From: Desulfomonilia bacterium
GTDB taxonomy: Bacteria > Desulfobacterota > Desulfomonilia > UBA1062
DNA: 64,000 nt
Assembly: GCA_963664325.2 (NCBI GenBank)
Contig: CAXXDQ010000007.1
Coordinates: forward strand, 704,001-768,000
Direction: 5' to 3'
This document shows positions 43,299 through 53,427 of the stretch, piece by piece. The position numbers were made by a program, and so were the translations under genes. Under the pieces are notes generated by a model. It had not been told where the DNA came from, searched no databases, and worked only from the letters and a program-made list of their open reading frames with translations. How positions within the stretch are numbered: the stretch's first letter is position 1; the number at the start of each line of letters is the position of its first letter.

Positions 43299-43327
43299 AA
43301 AACAGGGGTGAATATTTTCACCCGCTG
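43299..43327 (-). terminator. Possible attenuator hairpin between rplL and rpoB
   Basis: Minus strand CAGCGGGTGAA-AATA-TTCACCCCTG then TTTT; short U-tract; a partial terminator at this position is known in E. coli. Confidence 0.4.
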
Positions 43328-43372
43328 ATTTCGTTAAAATGCTGACCGATTGGTCTTCCGCCACAAATTGGC

Positions 43373-43753
43373 TTACTTTATCTCTGCAACTGCGCCCTGT
43401 TCTTCTAGCTTCTTCTTGGCCTCTTCAGCCTCCTGTTTTGAAACCTTTTCAACAACCGGTTTGGGTGCGCCTTCGACAAGGTCTTTCGCCTCTTTGAGTC
43501 CAAGGTTTGTAAGAGCCCTTACAACCTTAATGACTTGTATCTTTTGTGCACCTGCGTCTTTCAGGATTACATCAAACTGCGTTTTTTCCTCAACTGGTTC
43601 GGACGGGCCTGCTGCAGGACCTGCGGCAACAGCTACTGCTGGAGCTGCTGCACTTACGCCAAATTTTTCTTCAAGCTCTTTAACAAAACCAGAAAGCTCC
43701 AAAACCGTCATATTTTCAATAAACTTTATTACGTCTTCACGTGAAATACTCAT
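43373..43753 (-). CDS. rplL: 50S ribosomal protein L7/L12
   Basis: [29 protein letters not shown]. Confidence 0.99.
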   Translation of the reverse strand: MSISREDVIKFIENMTVLELSGFVKELEEKFGVSAAAPAVAVAAGPAAGPSEPVEEKTQFDVILKDAGAQKIQVIKVVRALTNLGLKEAKDLVEGAPKPVVEKVSKQEAEEAKKKLEEQGAVAEIK

Positions 43754-43780
43754 TTTTTTAATTTCTCCTTCTTAATTTAC

Positions 43781-44308
43781 TTATGCTATAGTTTGTGATT
43801 TCTTTTCTTCAATTGCTTTTAATACATACATAAATTGACGTACCATGGCTGCAAGAACACCTACCAAGTTAGTTGCCGGCGCATTCATGGAACCCAGCAT
43901 CCTGGCAAGCAGTACTTCCTTGCTTGGCATGCCCGCCAGATCTCTGACATCTGTTGTGGTTAAGAATTGTGATCCTAAAACACCGCCCTGGATTTCCAGC
44001 TTTTCATTCTTCTTTGAAAAATCCACGATGGTCTTTGCCAGAGCAACGGGATCAGCCAATGCTATGGCAATTGCTGTAGGTCCCTCCAGCAGCGGATTGA
44101 GCCCTGATGCGTCTGTTCCTTCTGCGGCAAGTTTAAGTAGTGTATTCTTGACTACCTGATATTTTCCACCAGCCTGCCTGATTCCTCCTCTTAACTGAGT
44201 GACCTGTTCAACAGTAAGTCCTTTATAGTCTGTTACAAAAACAGCGCCGCACTTACTAAGCTCATTATGAAGCTTTTCAACAAGTTCCGATTTCTCTGTC
44301 CTATTCAA
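43781..44308 (-). CDS. rplJ: 50S ribosomal protein L10
   Basis: DYKGLTV, VVKNTL, GPTAIA, PSKE.L; TTG start. Confidence 0.98.
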   Translation of the reverse strand: MNRTEKSELVEKLHNELSKCGAVFVTDYKGLTVEQVTQLRGGIRQAGGKYQVVKNTLLKLAAEGTDASGLNPLLEGPTAIAIALADPVALAKTIVDFSKKNEKLEIQGGVLGSQFLTTTDVRDLAGMPSKEVLLARMLGSMNAPATNLVGVLAAMVRQFMYVLKAIEEKKSQTIA

Positions 44309-44337
44309 TCGCTACCTCACCCCCTTTGTTTTTTAAT

Positions 44338-44434
44338 ATCCTGTTAAAGGATACCCTTGGGGTATATATACTCCCAGGTTTAGGCGGGAAATTAAGCCTT
44401 TCGTTTCTCGGCACCCGCTGTCTTTAACCAGGAT
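44338..44434 (-). promoter_or_regulatory. L10 leader (rplJL autoregulatory mRNA structure)
   Basis: Minus strand AAGACAGCGGG..GCC..GGCTTAA..CCCGCC core enclosed by ATCCTG.TTAAAG/CTTTAACAGGAT stem, in the rplA-rplJ gap. Confidence 0.75.
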
Positions 44435-44437
44435 TAC

Positions 44438-45142
44438 TTATTTTACCAATGCTACTGCATCAACCGGATCAATCCTGACTCCGGGACCCATCGTACTGGA
44501 CAATGCAACTCCTTTTATATAGGTACCTTTGCTCGAAGAAGGCTTCAATTTCCAGACGACCTCAAGCAGGGCTTTCAAATTATCATGAAGTTTTTCCTTG
44601 CCGAAACTTGCTTTGCCGACGCTGCAGTGAACTATTCCTGTCTTATCAACCCTGAACTCAATCCTGCCGGCTTTCATTTCACCGACAGTTTTGGCAACAT
44701 CGAATGTTACTGTTCCGAGCTTCGGATTAGGCATAAGCCCCCGGGGTCCAAGAATACGACCAAGCTTTCCAACAAGGCCCATCATATCAGGTGTCGCAAT
44801 AACCTTATCAAAATCCAGCCATCCGCCCTGTATTCTTTCTGCAATATCTTCTGCCCCAACAAAATCCGCTTTGGCTTCCTGGGCTTCCTTTTCCTTATCT
44901 CCCTTTGCAAATACAAGCACGCGGGTTGTCTTGCCTGTACCGTGAGGAAGTATAACTGAACCTCTGACCATTTGGTCTGCATGCCTTGGGTCTACACCAA
45001 GCCTGAATGCTACATCCACGCTCTCATCAAACTTGGAATATTTGCAGTCCAGGACAAGGGATATTGCCTCTTCGAATGAATACTTCTTCTGCGAGTCAAC
45101 CTTCTTTCTGGCTTCGATGTATTTCTTGCCAATCCTTGCCAT
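44438..45142 (-). CDS. rplA: 50S ribosomal protein L1
   Basis: DQMVRG...[24 protein letters not shown]. Confidence 0.99.
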   Translation of the reverse strand: MARIGKKYIEARKKVDSQKKYSFEEAISLVLDCKYSKFDESVDVAFRLGVDPRHADQMVRGSVILPHGTGKTTRVLVFAKGDKEKEAQEAKADFVGAEDIAERIQGGWLDFDKVIATPDMMGLVGKLGRILGPRGLMPNPKLGTVTFDVAKTVGEMKAGRIEFRVDKTGIVHCSVGKASFGKEKLHDNLKALLEVVWKLKPSSSKGTYIKGVALSSTMGPGVRIDPVDAVALVK

Positions 45143-45155
45143 AGCCGGTTCTCCT

Positions 45156-45581
45156 TTAGTCTACTACTTCTATGCCCATACTGCGGGCAGTTCCGGCAAT
45201 TATGTTCATTGCCATATCTATGTCGACCGTATTAAGGTCTTTCATTTTAGCTGTTGCAATTTCTCTTACCTGCGCTTTTGATACTTTCCCGGTCTTTTCT
45301 TTTCCAGGACTCGATGATGCCTTTTCAAGACCTGCAGCTTTTATTAAAAGGCGCGAAGCAGGAGGGCTTTTGGTGATAAATGTAAAAGTCCTATCCTGAT
45401 ATACGGTTATTACAACAGGTATCAGAAAACCTTTCTGTTTATCTGTCTGCGCATTAAAAGCCTTACAGAATTCCATGATGTTTACCCCGTGCTGCCCAAG
45501 AGCCGGTCCGACAGGTGGAGAAGGTTTTGCCTCTCCTGCGGGGATATGAATTTTGATCTTAGCGGTTACTGTTTTTGCCAT
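45156..45581 (-). CDS. rplK: 50S ribosomal protein L11
   Basis: [29 protein letters not shown]. Confidence 0.99.
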   Translation of the reverse strand: MAKTVTAKIKIHIPAGEAKPSPPVGPALGQHGVNIMEFCKAFNAQTDKQKGFLIPVVITVYQDRTFTFITKSPPASRLLIKAAGLEKASSSPGKEKTGKVSKAQVREIATAKMKDLNTVDIDMAMNIIAGTARSMGIEVVD

Positions 45582-45597
45582 TTGCTACCCCTTAGAA

Positions 45598-46128
45598 CTA
45601 TTTCTTGGTTATCTGGTCGAAATTAAGCTCAACCGGCGTCGATCTGCCGAATATGCTTACCAGTACCCTAACTTTTCCTTTGTCAGGTTTTACGTCGTCA
45701 ACTACCCCATTGAAATTCTGGAACGGTCCTTCGTTTACTGTGACCGAATCGCCGACTGCAAAATTGCATTTGAATTCCTTTCCTGACATTCCCTCTTCTA
45801 GTTGCGCCTTCAGTTTTTCTACTTCAGGCTCAGGAATTGTAGATGGTTCATTTCTGCCTCCGACAAAACCCGTAACTTTCGGGGTACCCATGACTACATG
45901 CCATGTTTTGTCGGTTAGAATCATTTTTACAAGAATATATCCAGGAAAAAACTTTTTACCGCCGCCTTTCTTGGGCTGAGTACCCGTCTGGGGTTCGACA
46001 GGGGTCGGCACCAGAATGTCGGTAAAGAGATCATCGCATTTATATGCCTTTATTCGCTCTTCAAGCGAACGCTTGGCCTTCTGCTCGTAATTGGAGTAAG
46101 TATGAACCACATACCATTTATGTTCCAT
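45598..46128 (-). CDS. nusG: Transcription termination/antitermination factor NusG
   Basis: WYVVHTYS, FFPGYILV, TP.VTGFVG, KOW GPF..F.G, IFGR.TPVEL. Confidence 0.98.
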   Translation of the reverse strand: MEHKWYVVHTYSNYEQKAKRSLEERIKAYKCDDLFTDILVPTPVEPQTGTQPKKGGGKKFFPGYILVKMILTDKTWHVVMGTPKVTGFVGGRNEPSTIPEPEVEKLKAQLEEGMSGKEFKCNFAVGDSVTVNEGPFQNFNGVVDDVKPDKGKVRVLVSIFGRSTPVELNFDQITKK

Positions 46129-46134
46129 ACTATC

Positions 46135-46341
46135 TTACCATCCAAAGACCAGCTTAAATAGCCTGGATATCCCAATATCAAGAAGCGACAGGATTATTGA
46201 AACTGCAGCGCACATGATAAATACGGCAACCGTTCCTGTTGCTACTTCTTTCCTGCCTGTCCAGGTGACCTTTTTAAGTTCGGCCCTGACTTCTTTGAGA
46301 TATCTTGTTATCCCGTTTATAAATTCTTTTAATTTTTCCAT
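46135..46341 (-). CDS. secE: Preprotein translocase SecE
   Basis: EV.AELKKVTW plus one TM helix; between tRNA-Trp and nusG. Confidence 0.96.
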   Translation of the reverse strand: MEKLKEFINGITRYLKEVRAELKKVTWTGRKEVATGTVAVFIMCAAVSIILSLLDIGISRLFKLVFGW

Positions 46342-46356
46342 CTATATCATCCGTTA

Positions 46357-46433
46357 TGGCAGGCCAGGAGGGATTCGAACCCCCAGCATCCGGATTTGGA
46401 GTCCGGCACTCTACCAATTAGAGTTACTGGCCT
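46357..46433 (-). tRNA. tRNA-Trp (CCA)
   Basis: Cloverleaf, CCGGA-CT-CCA-AA-TCCGG anticodon arm, GTTCGAATC, encoded CCA end. Confidence 0.97.
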
Positions 46434-46445
46434 GCATCCATTATC

Positions 46446-46595
46446 CTACTTTGATTCCTTATGCAACGAGTGCGTACGGCAGAAGGGACAGTACTTCTTT
46501 ATCTGAAGTTTTTCCTGCTGCTTCTTCTTGTTTCTCGTAGTCATATAATTACGGCGTTTACACTCCGAGCATGCCAAAATAACAGAATCTCTCAT
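46446..46595 (-). CDS. rpmG: 50S ribosomal protein L33 (below ORF-track cutoff)
   Basis: Hand translation [49 protein letters not shown]. Confidence 0.97.
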   Translation of the reverse strand: MRDSVILACSECKRRNYMTTRNKKKQQEKLQIKKYCPFCRTHSLHKESK

Positions 46596-46608
46596 ATCCC
46601 AATACCGC

Positions 46609-47802
46609 CTACTCGATAACCTTGACTATGACGCCTGCGCCTACTGTTCTCCCACCCTCTCGTATAGCAAACCGAAGTCCTTCCTCCATCGCTATCGGAT
46701 GTATCAGGCTCACCTGCATCGTTATGTTGTCCCCAGGTATTACCATCTCTACCCCTTCCGGAAGCTTGATGTCTCCGGTTATGTCCGTCGTACGAAAATA
46801 AAACTGCGGCCGGTATCCCGTGAAAAACGGCGTATGACGCCCTCCTTCCTCCTTCTTCAATACGTATACCTCCGCCATGAACTTCGTGTGCGGCGTTATC
46901 GAACCTGGCTTCGCTACCACCTGCCCCCTCTCAACTTCCTCACGCTTCGTCCCTCGTATAAGTATACCTATATTATCTCCAGCACGGCCTTCATCCAATG
47001 TCTTCCTGAACATCTCAACTCCCGTGCACACCGTCTTTATCGTCGGACGTATACCTATTATCTCTACCTCGTCCCCAGTCTTTATTACCCCGCGCTCGCA
47101 ACGCCCCGTCACAACCGTCCCGCGACCGGATATCGTAAACACATCCTCTACCGGCATCAAAAACGGCTTGTCTATCTCCCGCACAGGCTCCGGTATGTAC
47201 GAATCCACCGCATCCATAAGCTCAAATATGCACTTTACATCAGGACTGTTTACATCCTCCGCTTCCATCGCCTTCAACGCACTCCCGCGAATTATCGGTA
47301 TGTCGTCCCCAGGAAAATCATATGACGTAAGCAGCTCCCTTAGCTCCAACTCTACCAACTCCAAAAGCTCGGGATCATCCACCTGGTCCACCTTGTTCAT
47401 GAACACTACCATCGCAGGTACGTTAACCTGCTTCGCCAACAGTATATGCTCCCTCGTCTGGGGCATAGGACCATCCGACGCCGCTACAACCAGCACCGCC
47501 CCGTCCATCTGCGCCGCCCCAGTTATCATGTTCTTGATATAGTCAGCATGCCCCGGACAGTCTATGTGCGCATAATGCCTGTTCACTGTCTCATACTCAA
47601 CATGCGCCGTGTTGATCGTTATTCCCCTCTCCTTCTCCTCCGGCGCCTTGTCTATCTGATCATACGCTACATACTCGGCCATCCCCTTCTTCGCCAAATG
47701 CTTCGTTATCGCCGCCGTCAACGTCGTCTTACCATGATCTATGTGCCCTATCGTACCTATATTAACATGCGGCTTCGTCCTCTCAAACTTACCCTTGGCC
47801 AT
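46609..47802 (-). CDS. tuf: Elongation factor Tu (tRNA-operon copy)
   Basis: Protein identical to the 30471-31664 copy. Confidence 0.99.
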   Translation of the reverse strand: MAKGKFERTKPHVNIGTIGHIDHGKTTLTAAITKHLAKKGMAEYVAYDQIDKAPEEKERGITINTAHVEYETVNRHYAHIDCPGHADYIKNMITGAAQMDGAVLVVAASDGPMPQTREHILLAKQVNVPAMVVFMNKVDQVDDPELLELVELELRELLTSYDFPGDDIPIIRGSALKAMEAEDVNSPDVKCIFELMDAVDSYIPEPVREIDKPFLMPVEDVFTISGRGTVVTGRCERGVIKTGDEVEIIGIRPTIKTVCTGVEMFRKTLDEGRAGDNIGILIRGTKREEVERGQVVAKPGSITPHTKFMAEVYVLKKEEGGRHTPFFTGYRPQFYFRTTDITGDIKLPEGVEMVIPGDNITMQVSLIHPIAMEEGLRFAIREGGRTVGAGVIVKVIE

Positions 47803-47854
47803 GTCAGAACCCCCTTTCTCTTATTTCTAATTTTTCTTTTTTATTCGCCATTAA

Positions 47855-47930
47855 TGGAGCCCACATCCAGGATTGAACTGGAGACCTCGTCCTTACCAAG
47901 GACGTGCTCTACCAACTGAGCTATGTGGGC
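47855..47930 (-). tRNA. tRNA-Thr (GGT)
   Basis: CGTCC-TT-GGT-AA-GGACG anticodon arm, GTTCAATC, CCA end. Confidence 0.97.
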
Positions 47931-47956
47931 ATTTCCGCCAGTTCTATGAGGGAAAA

Positions 47957-48032
47957 TGGAGCGGGAAACGGGATTCGAACCCGCGACCCTCAGCTTGGAA
48001 GGCTGACGCTCTAGCCACTGAGCTATTCCCGC
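47957..48032 (-). tRNA. tRNA-Gly (TCC)
   Basis: TCAGC-CT-TCC-AA-GCTGA anticodon arm, GTTCGAATC, CCA end. Confidence 0.97.
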
Positions 48033-48101
48033 TTAACCGCCAAGATGAACGCAGTCAATATCGACAATCGTCTCCTGCGATCCCTCTATTTAACATATTT
48101 C

Positions 48102-48186
48102 TGGTGGAGGGGGGTGGATTCGAACCACCGAAGGCTTCGCCGGCAGATTTACAGTCTGCTCCCTTTAGCCACTCGGGAACCCCTCC
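48102..48186 (-). tRNA. tRNA-Tyr (GTA)
   Basis: GCAGA-CT-GTA-AA-TCTGC anticodon arm, long variable arm, CCA end. Confidence 0.97.
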
Positions 48187-48194
48187 GCATTTTC

Positions 48195-48270
48195 TGGAGC
48201 TGGAGATGGGACTTGAACCCGCAACCTGCTGATTACAAATCAGCTGCTCTGCCGATTGAGCTACTCCAGC
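48195..48270 (-). tRNA. tRNA-Thr (TGT)
   Basis: GCTGA-TT-TGT-AA-TCAGC anticodon arm, GTTCAAGTC, CCA end. Confidence 0.97.
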
Positions 48271-48306
48271 CCGCTCTGGGCATACCTATTCTATACGCAG
48301 ATTCCG

Positions 48307-48335
48307 TCTCTAAACAATGAGCTACCAAAAGTCAA
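48307..48335 (-). promoter_or_regulatory. Putative sigma70 promoter of the tRNA-tuf operon
   Basis: TTGACT-17 nt-TAGAGA with AT-rich upstream tract, ~37 nt before tRNA-Thr. Confidence 0.5.
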
Positions 48336-48396
48336 GCTTTAATCTTGTATTTATTACAAATTTCTTTAAAAAAGTTACCGCAATTATCCACAACAA

Positions 48397-49254
48397 TTAC
48401 GTGAGTGAATAATTATAAAAACCCCTGCCTGATTTTTTGCCTAGCCAGCCTGCTTCAACATACTTTCTGAGCAACGGGCATGGGCGGTATTTTGAATCAC
48501 AGAACCCGTCATAGAGTGTCTGCATTATTGCCAGACATGTATCGAGCCCTATCAGGTCGGCAAGCGCAAGCGGACCCATCGGGTGATTCATGCCCAGTTT
48601 CATAACTGTATCGATTGCGTCAACTGTTCCCACGCCGTGATACAGGCAGTAAACAGCCTCGTTTATCATGGGCATGAGTATGCGGTTGGCAATAAAACCG
48701 GGATAGTCGTTGGCCTCTGCCGGTGTTTTGCCGAACCTGAGCGAGAGGTCCCATGTAAGCTTGAAGGTGTCATCGGAGGTTGCTATGCCGCGGATAATCT
48801 CCACCAGCTTCATTACTGGAACAGGATTCATGAAATGCATCCCTATTACCTTGCCGGGACGCTTCGTCTTTGCCGCAATCCGGCCGATCGGGATTGAAGA
48901 TGTGTTAGTCGAGATGATTGCGTGCCCGGGGCACACTTCATCAAGCGTTTTAAATATGCCGAACTTGATGTCCTCCCTTTCGCTTGCGGCTTCAACAACC
49001 ATATCGGCGGCAGCCATATCTTTCAGATCAGTGCTTGTTTTTATCCTGCCGAGTACGGCGTTTTTATCGCTTTCGGTCATTTTTCCTTTTTCAACGTTCT
49101 TTGAAAGGAGCTTGGTTATGTTGTTAAGCCCCTTTTCAACAAATTCCGGCGCTATATCGTTCATGATCACATTAAGCCCGCTCGCTGCAGCGACCTGTGC
49201 AATACCGTTTCCCATCTGGCCTGCGCCGATTACTCCGAATGTCTTTATCACCAT
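48397..49254 (-). CDS. hbd: 3-hydroxybutyryl-CoA dehydrogenase
   Basis: GAGQMGNGIA, NTSSI, GMHFMNPVPVM, PGFIANR, HPMGPL.LAD.IGLD. Confidence 0.95.
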   Translation of the reverse strand: MVIKTFGVIGAGQMGNGIAQVAAASGLNVIMNDIAPEFVEKGLNNITKLLSKNVEKGKMTESDKNAVLGRIKTSTDLKDMAAADMVVEAASEREDIKFGIFKTLDEVCPGHAIISTNTSSIPIGRIAAKTKRPGKVIGMHFMNPVPVMKLVEIIRGIATSDDTFKLTWDLSLRFGKTPAEANDYPGFIANRILMPMINEAVYCLYHGVGTVDAIDTVMKLGMNHPMGPLALADLIGLDTCLAIMQTLYDGFCDSKYRPCPLLRKYVEAGWLGKKSGRGFYNYSLT

Positions 49255-49267
49255 AAGAATCTCCTAT

Positions 49268-50446
49268 TTATCTTTTCACTATCAAAGCAACCGCCTCGCC
49301 ACCCCCAAGACAAAGCGAGGCAAGGCCTGTCTTCACATTCCTCTTTTCCATTTCATATAGAAGCGTTGTCAGAACCCTTGCGCCGCTTGCCCCGATAGGG
49401 TGTCCGAGCGCAACGCTTCCACCGTTCACATTGACCTTTGACCTGTCAAGTTTGAGCACTTTCTCAATAGCGCAGGAAGAACCCGAGAATGCCTCGTTGA
49501 CTTCAAACAGATCAACTTCATCCTGGGTGATCCCCTGTTTTTTGAGCACCTTTGGAATTGCCAGAATCGGGGCCACCAGCACATATTTCATGTCAAGACC
49601 TGCGGAGGCCTGTGCACCAATCGTGGCCAGAACTTTGCAGTCTAATTCCTTGGCCTTTTCACGCGACATCACGACAACCGCCGCGGCCCCGTCGGAAATC
49701 ACGGAAGCATTTCCCGCGGTTCCGACCCCGCTGTTCTTTTTGAAGGCTGGGGGCATCTTCGCCAAGACTTCATAAGGGGTGGGTTTGGGGCATTCGTCGG
49801 TATCAAAGAGTGTGATATTGCCTTTGCGGTCTTTTATCTCGACAGGAACAATCTCATCCTTGAAGCGACCGGACTCGATTGCGCCAACCGCCCTTTTGTA
49901 TGATTCAGCTGCAAATCTGTCCTGATCCTCGCGGGTTATTCCATATTTTTCAGAGCAAAGCTCGTTCGACATGCCCATGTGGAAATCGTTGACCACATCC
50001 CAGAGCCCGTCGTGCACCATATGGTCCCTTATTGCGCCGTCGCCCATGCGGTAGCCGAATCTGCCTTTTTCAAGATAATAAGGCGCCATGCTCATGCATT
50101 CCATTCCTCCGGCCACAACCACATCGGCGTCGCCGCACTGAACCGTCTGTGCGGCAAGCATAACCGCTTTCAGGCTGGAGCCGCACACTTTGTTCACAGA
50201 AATCGCCTCGACCTCCCATGGCATGCCTGCCTCTATCACTGCAAGTTTGCCCGGGTTCTGGCCGTATCCGCAGGGAAGAACTATGCCCATTATCGCTTCA
50301 TTGACATCTGACTTTTCAATGCCGGCCCTTCTTACCGCTTCATTAATGACTACGGCGCCTAGCTTCACAGCCCCGAAATTTCCCAAGGTCCCGTTGAATG
50401 CTCCAAGTGGCGTCCTGACTGCACTGACGATTACAGCTTCCTTCAT
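49268..50446 (-). CDS. Acetyl-CoA C-acetyltransferase (thiolase)
   Basis: NKVCGS, NEAF, GHPIGASG, CLGGG; start set to ATG 50446 behind GGAGG. Confidence 0.96.
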   Translation of the reverse strand: MKEAVIVSAVRTPLGAFNGTLGNFGAVKLGAVVINEAVRRAGIEKSDVNEAIMGIVLPCGYGQNPGKLAVIEAGMPWEVEAISVNKVCGSSLKAVMLAAQTVQCGDADVVVAGGMECMSMAPYYLEKGRFGYRMGDGAIRDHMVHDGLWDVVNDFHMGMSNELCSEKYGITREDQDRFAAESYKRAVGAIESGRFKDEIVPVEIKDRKGNITLFDTDECPKPTPYEVLAKMPPAFKKNSGVGTAGNASVISDGAAAVVVMSREKAKELDCKVLATIGAQASAGLDMKYVLVAPILAIPKVLKKQGITQDEVDLFEVNEAFSGSSCAIEKVLKLDRSKVNVNGGSVALGHPIGASGARVLTTLLYEMEKRNVKTGLASLCLGGGEAVALIVKR

Positions 50447-50607
50447 GATCGTCCCTCCCATTTCTGCAAAGTGTTCTTCTGGATAAACGAGCAGGATTAT
50501 AATATCAAGAGAAATCAACTTGTAAAATTTTGTAAACTGGCTTGAAAAACTGAAATTGTTGCTGTTAATAAAATTTTTATCCTTTTTGTCAGGAGGACTT
50601 TTAAGAG

Positions 50608-51588
50608 ATGGATATTCAGGAAGTAACGAAAAAGGTTGAGCAGGAAAGCGTTGTTATAAGGCAGATTTCAAGCGAGATCGGCAAAGTCATTGTCGGTCAA
50701 AGAAACCTCGTTGAGCGTATGCTGATAGGTCTTTTATGCAACGGTCATCTCCTTCTCGAAGGTCTTCCGGGACTTGCCAAAACAACGGCTGTCAAAACAC
50801 TTGCCCAGGTAATAAACACAAGTTTTCAGCGAATACAGTTCACGCCTGACCTTCTGCCCGCAGACATTATCGGCACTCAGATTTACCGTATGCAAACAGG
50901 AATCTTTGAAGTGAAAAAAGGGCCGATCTTCAACAACATAATCCTTGCTGATGAAATCAACCGAGCACCGGCCAAGGTTCAAAGCGCACTGCTCGAGGCC
51001 ATGCAGGAACACCAGGTTACTATCGGCGAAAATACCTTCAAACTGGGACAGCTGTTCCTGGTTTTAGCCACGCAGAACCCTATCGAACAGGAAGGTACTT
51101 ACCCCCTGCCCGAGGCTCAGATTGACCGTTTCATGCTGAAGATAAAAATCGGATACCCTAGTGAATCGGAAGAAAAAGAAATCATGCAGCGAGTATACAC
51201 TGATACGTCAGATGGTCTTAAATCCGTTATTGAACCAGTTAGGCTCGAGAGTGCTAGGCTGGTAATAAATAATATACATATGGAAGAAAAGCTCATGGAT
51301 TACATAATCCGCATAGTCAACGCCACAAGGCGCCCCAGCGACTTCGGGCTAAAGATCGGATCGCTAATCAGTTATGGGGCATCCCCGCGCGCTTCCATAT
51401 GGCTCGGGCTTGCATCAAGGGCATATGCGTTTCTGATGGGCAGAGGCTATGTCATACCGCAGGATGTTAAAACCATGGCGCCGGATGTATTGAGGCACCG
51501 CATCATCCTGAGCTATGAGGCTGAAGCCGAAGGCAAAAACACGGACGAGATAATCGAGGCCATACTTGAGCGTATAGAGGTCCCCTGA
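50608..51588 (+). CDS. moxR: MoxR family AAA+ ATPase
   Basis: GLPGLAKT, RIQFTPDLLPAD, ADEINRAPAKVQSALLEAM, NPIEQEGTYPLPEAQ.DRF. Confidence 0.97.
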   Translation: MDIQEVTKKVEQESVVIRQISSEIGKVIVGQRNLVERMLIGLLCNGHLLLEGLPGLAKTTAVKTLAQVINTSFQRIQFTPDLLPADIIGTQIYRMQTGIFEVKKGPIFNNIILADEINRAPAKVQSALLEAMQEHQVTIGENTFKLGQLFLVLATQNPIEQEGTYPLPEAQIDRFMLKIKIGYPSESEEKEIMQRVYTDTSDGLKSVIEPVRLESARLVINNIHMEEKLMDYIIRIVNATRRPSDFGLKIGSLISYGASPRASIWLGLASRAYAFLMGRGYVIPQDVKTMAPDVLRHRIILSYEAEAEGKNTDEIIEAILERIEVP

Positions 51589-52469
51589 TGCTTTCCGAGG
51601 AAGTCCTTTCCAAGATACAGAAATTCCACTTTCATACCCGCTACATGGCGAATGAAATGTTCGCGGGACAGTATGTCAGCGCATTTAAAGGCCACGGCAT
51701 GGAGTTTTCCGAGGTACGTGAATATCAGCCCGGCGACGATATCCGCTCAATCGACTGGAATGTATCTGCCCGCCAGAACCGCCCCTTTATAAAAGTATTC
51801 CACGAAGAGCGCGAACTCACTCTCATGCTCCTGATCGACATATCAGGCTCCCAGGAGTTCGGCACAAAAGGGCGTTTCAAGCGCGAACTTCTGGCTGAAG
51901 TCGCAGGCATGCTCGCATTCCTGGCTATACGGACAAACGACAAGGTCGGCGCGATTCTGTTCAGTTCGCATGTAGAGAAATTCCTGCCGCCCAAAAAAGG
52001 CGCACCTTATGTCTGGAGGCTTATAAAGGAGATATTCACATACGAACCAGCCAGACCCGGAACAGATATAGAATCTGCGCTTTCATACCTTAACCGAGTA
52101 GTAAAAAGGCATGCCATTGTCTTTCTAATATCGGACTGCATGGATAAAAGATTTGACAAGAGCCTTAGGCTTACAGCAAGAAAGCACGATCTTACAATCC
52201 TTCGCATATCCGATCCAGCCGAGATCGAACTTCCGGATGCAGGACTCATAAGGATGATTGATCCGGAAACAGGAGAAAGCGCCATCATAAATACCTCAAG
52301 CAGGATTGTAAGAAGCCGCTGGCTGCAGGAAAGAGCGCAGTATGACGCCTGGCTGAAAACCATAACGGCAAATAACGGCGTGGATATGGTTGAACTGAGA
52401 ACAGACAGGGATGTAATTGAGCCGCTTTCAAGGTTATTTCTTAACAGGAGAAAACGCCTCAATGTCTGA
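51588..52469 (+). CDS. DUF58 domain protein (VWA-like)
   Basis: GMEF.EVREY.PGDD.R.IDWNV.AR, EEREL, DISGS. Confidence 0.95.
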   Translation: MLSEEVLSKIQKFHFHTRYMANEMFAGQYVSAFKGHGMEFSEVREYQPGDDIRSIDWNVSARQNRPFIKVFHEERELTLMLLIDISGSQEFGTKGRFKRELLAEVAGMLAFLAIRTNDKVGAILFSSHVEKFLPPKKGAPYVWRLIKEIFTYEPARPGTDIESALSYLNRVVKRHAIVFLISDCMDKRFDKSLRLTARKHDLTILRISDPAEIELPDAGLIRMIDPETGESAIINTSSRIVRSRWLQERAQYDAWLKTITANNGVDMVELRTDRDVIEPLSRLFLNRRKRLNV

Positions 52470-53427
52470 ACAGGCTCGATCCGGGTTTAAAAGAATAACT
52501 CTTATTATGATTTTCTGCTCGTGGACACTAATAGCAGCTGTACCAGTACCGTCCCCGGTTGCGCCTGCGCCTGCTGCCCAGCCTAGAGATACAGTTAAAC
52601 TAACAGCCAGCCTGACCCCTCAAACAGCGAAAGTGGGCAGTACTGTCACACTGAACCTGGCATTCACGTTTCCCAAGGGTTGTCGACTGCCGGAAAAACC
52701 TGAATTAGGAGGCATTGACAATCTGAGTATTGTCGATATCAAACCATATTCCGGCGGTATAAAGATCAGCTTCATTGCCGATTCTGTCGAAAGCATCGCG
52801 ATCGGCCCGGTCAAGCTTGCATATCTTGATGACAGGAATATAAAGAAAACAGCCACGTCTGATGCTCTCATTCTCAAAGTTACGAGCAACATGGAATCAA
52901 GCCCGGACAGACAGCAGCTTAAACCCATACAGGACATTATACCTGCATATCCGCTGTGGCTGCCCTGGGCTCTATGGTCGTTTCTGGGGCTCTTTGTGCT
53001 GGCGTGCGCAGCCGGAATCATTTTCTGGCTTAAGCACAGAGCCGCAAGAAAAGCGCAAGCAATAGCTCTTCTGCCCGCCGATATCCGTGCAAAAAATGAA
53101 CTTGAGCAGTTGGATGCCTCTATGCTTTTCGAAAAAGGCAGAATCAAGGAATACTATTTCAGGTTATCCGAAATACTCAAACGCTACCTTGAAGAACTTC
53201 GCGGCTTCCCGGCAGCTGAATATACGACAGAGGAGATTTCCCAGCATGTAGAGCTGGACATCGACCGGGAACTGGTCATGTTTTTAAGAAGGGCGGACAT
53301 TGTTAAATTTGCCGATGACGTCCCATCTCCAGCACTCAAGGCTGATGACATGAAGTCGGCTCTTCAATACATATGCAGTACGTCGCCTGCTTCCGGTATC
53401 GGATTAAAAGAGGTCAAAGGACCATGA
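52462..53427 (+). CDS. Membrane-anchored hypothetical protein of the Bat operon
   Basis: Signal-like N-terminus, Ig-like part, TM helix, YY..LSEIL..YLE, TT.E, ADIVKFA; overlaps neighbours. Confidence 0.75.
   Translation: MSEQARSGFKRITLIMIFCSWTLIAAVPVPSPVAPAPAAQPRDTVKLTASLTPQTAKVGSTVTLNLAFTFPKGCRLPEKPELGGIDNLSIVDIKPYSGGIKISFIADSVESIAIGPVKLAYLDDRNIKKTATSDALILKVTSNMESSPDRQQLKPIQDIIPAYPLWLPWALWSFLGLFVLACAAGIIFWLKHRAARKAQAIALLPADIRAKNELEQLDASMLFEKGRIKEYYFRLSEILKRYLEELRGFPAAEYTTEEISQHVELDIDRELVMFLRRADIVKFADDVPSPALKADDMKSALQYICSTSPASGIGLKEVKGP

Noticed and set aside
47840-48045. TGGCG(G/A) recurring in tRNA spacers on the minus strand
   Set aside because: Only 5-6 nt and three occurrences; cannot be separated from chance
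46342-48396. Prophage or integrative element at the tRNA genes
   Set aside because: No integrase, no duplicated tRNA 3' end and normal gene order on both sides
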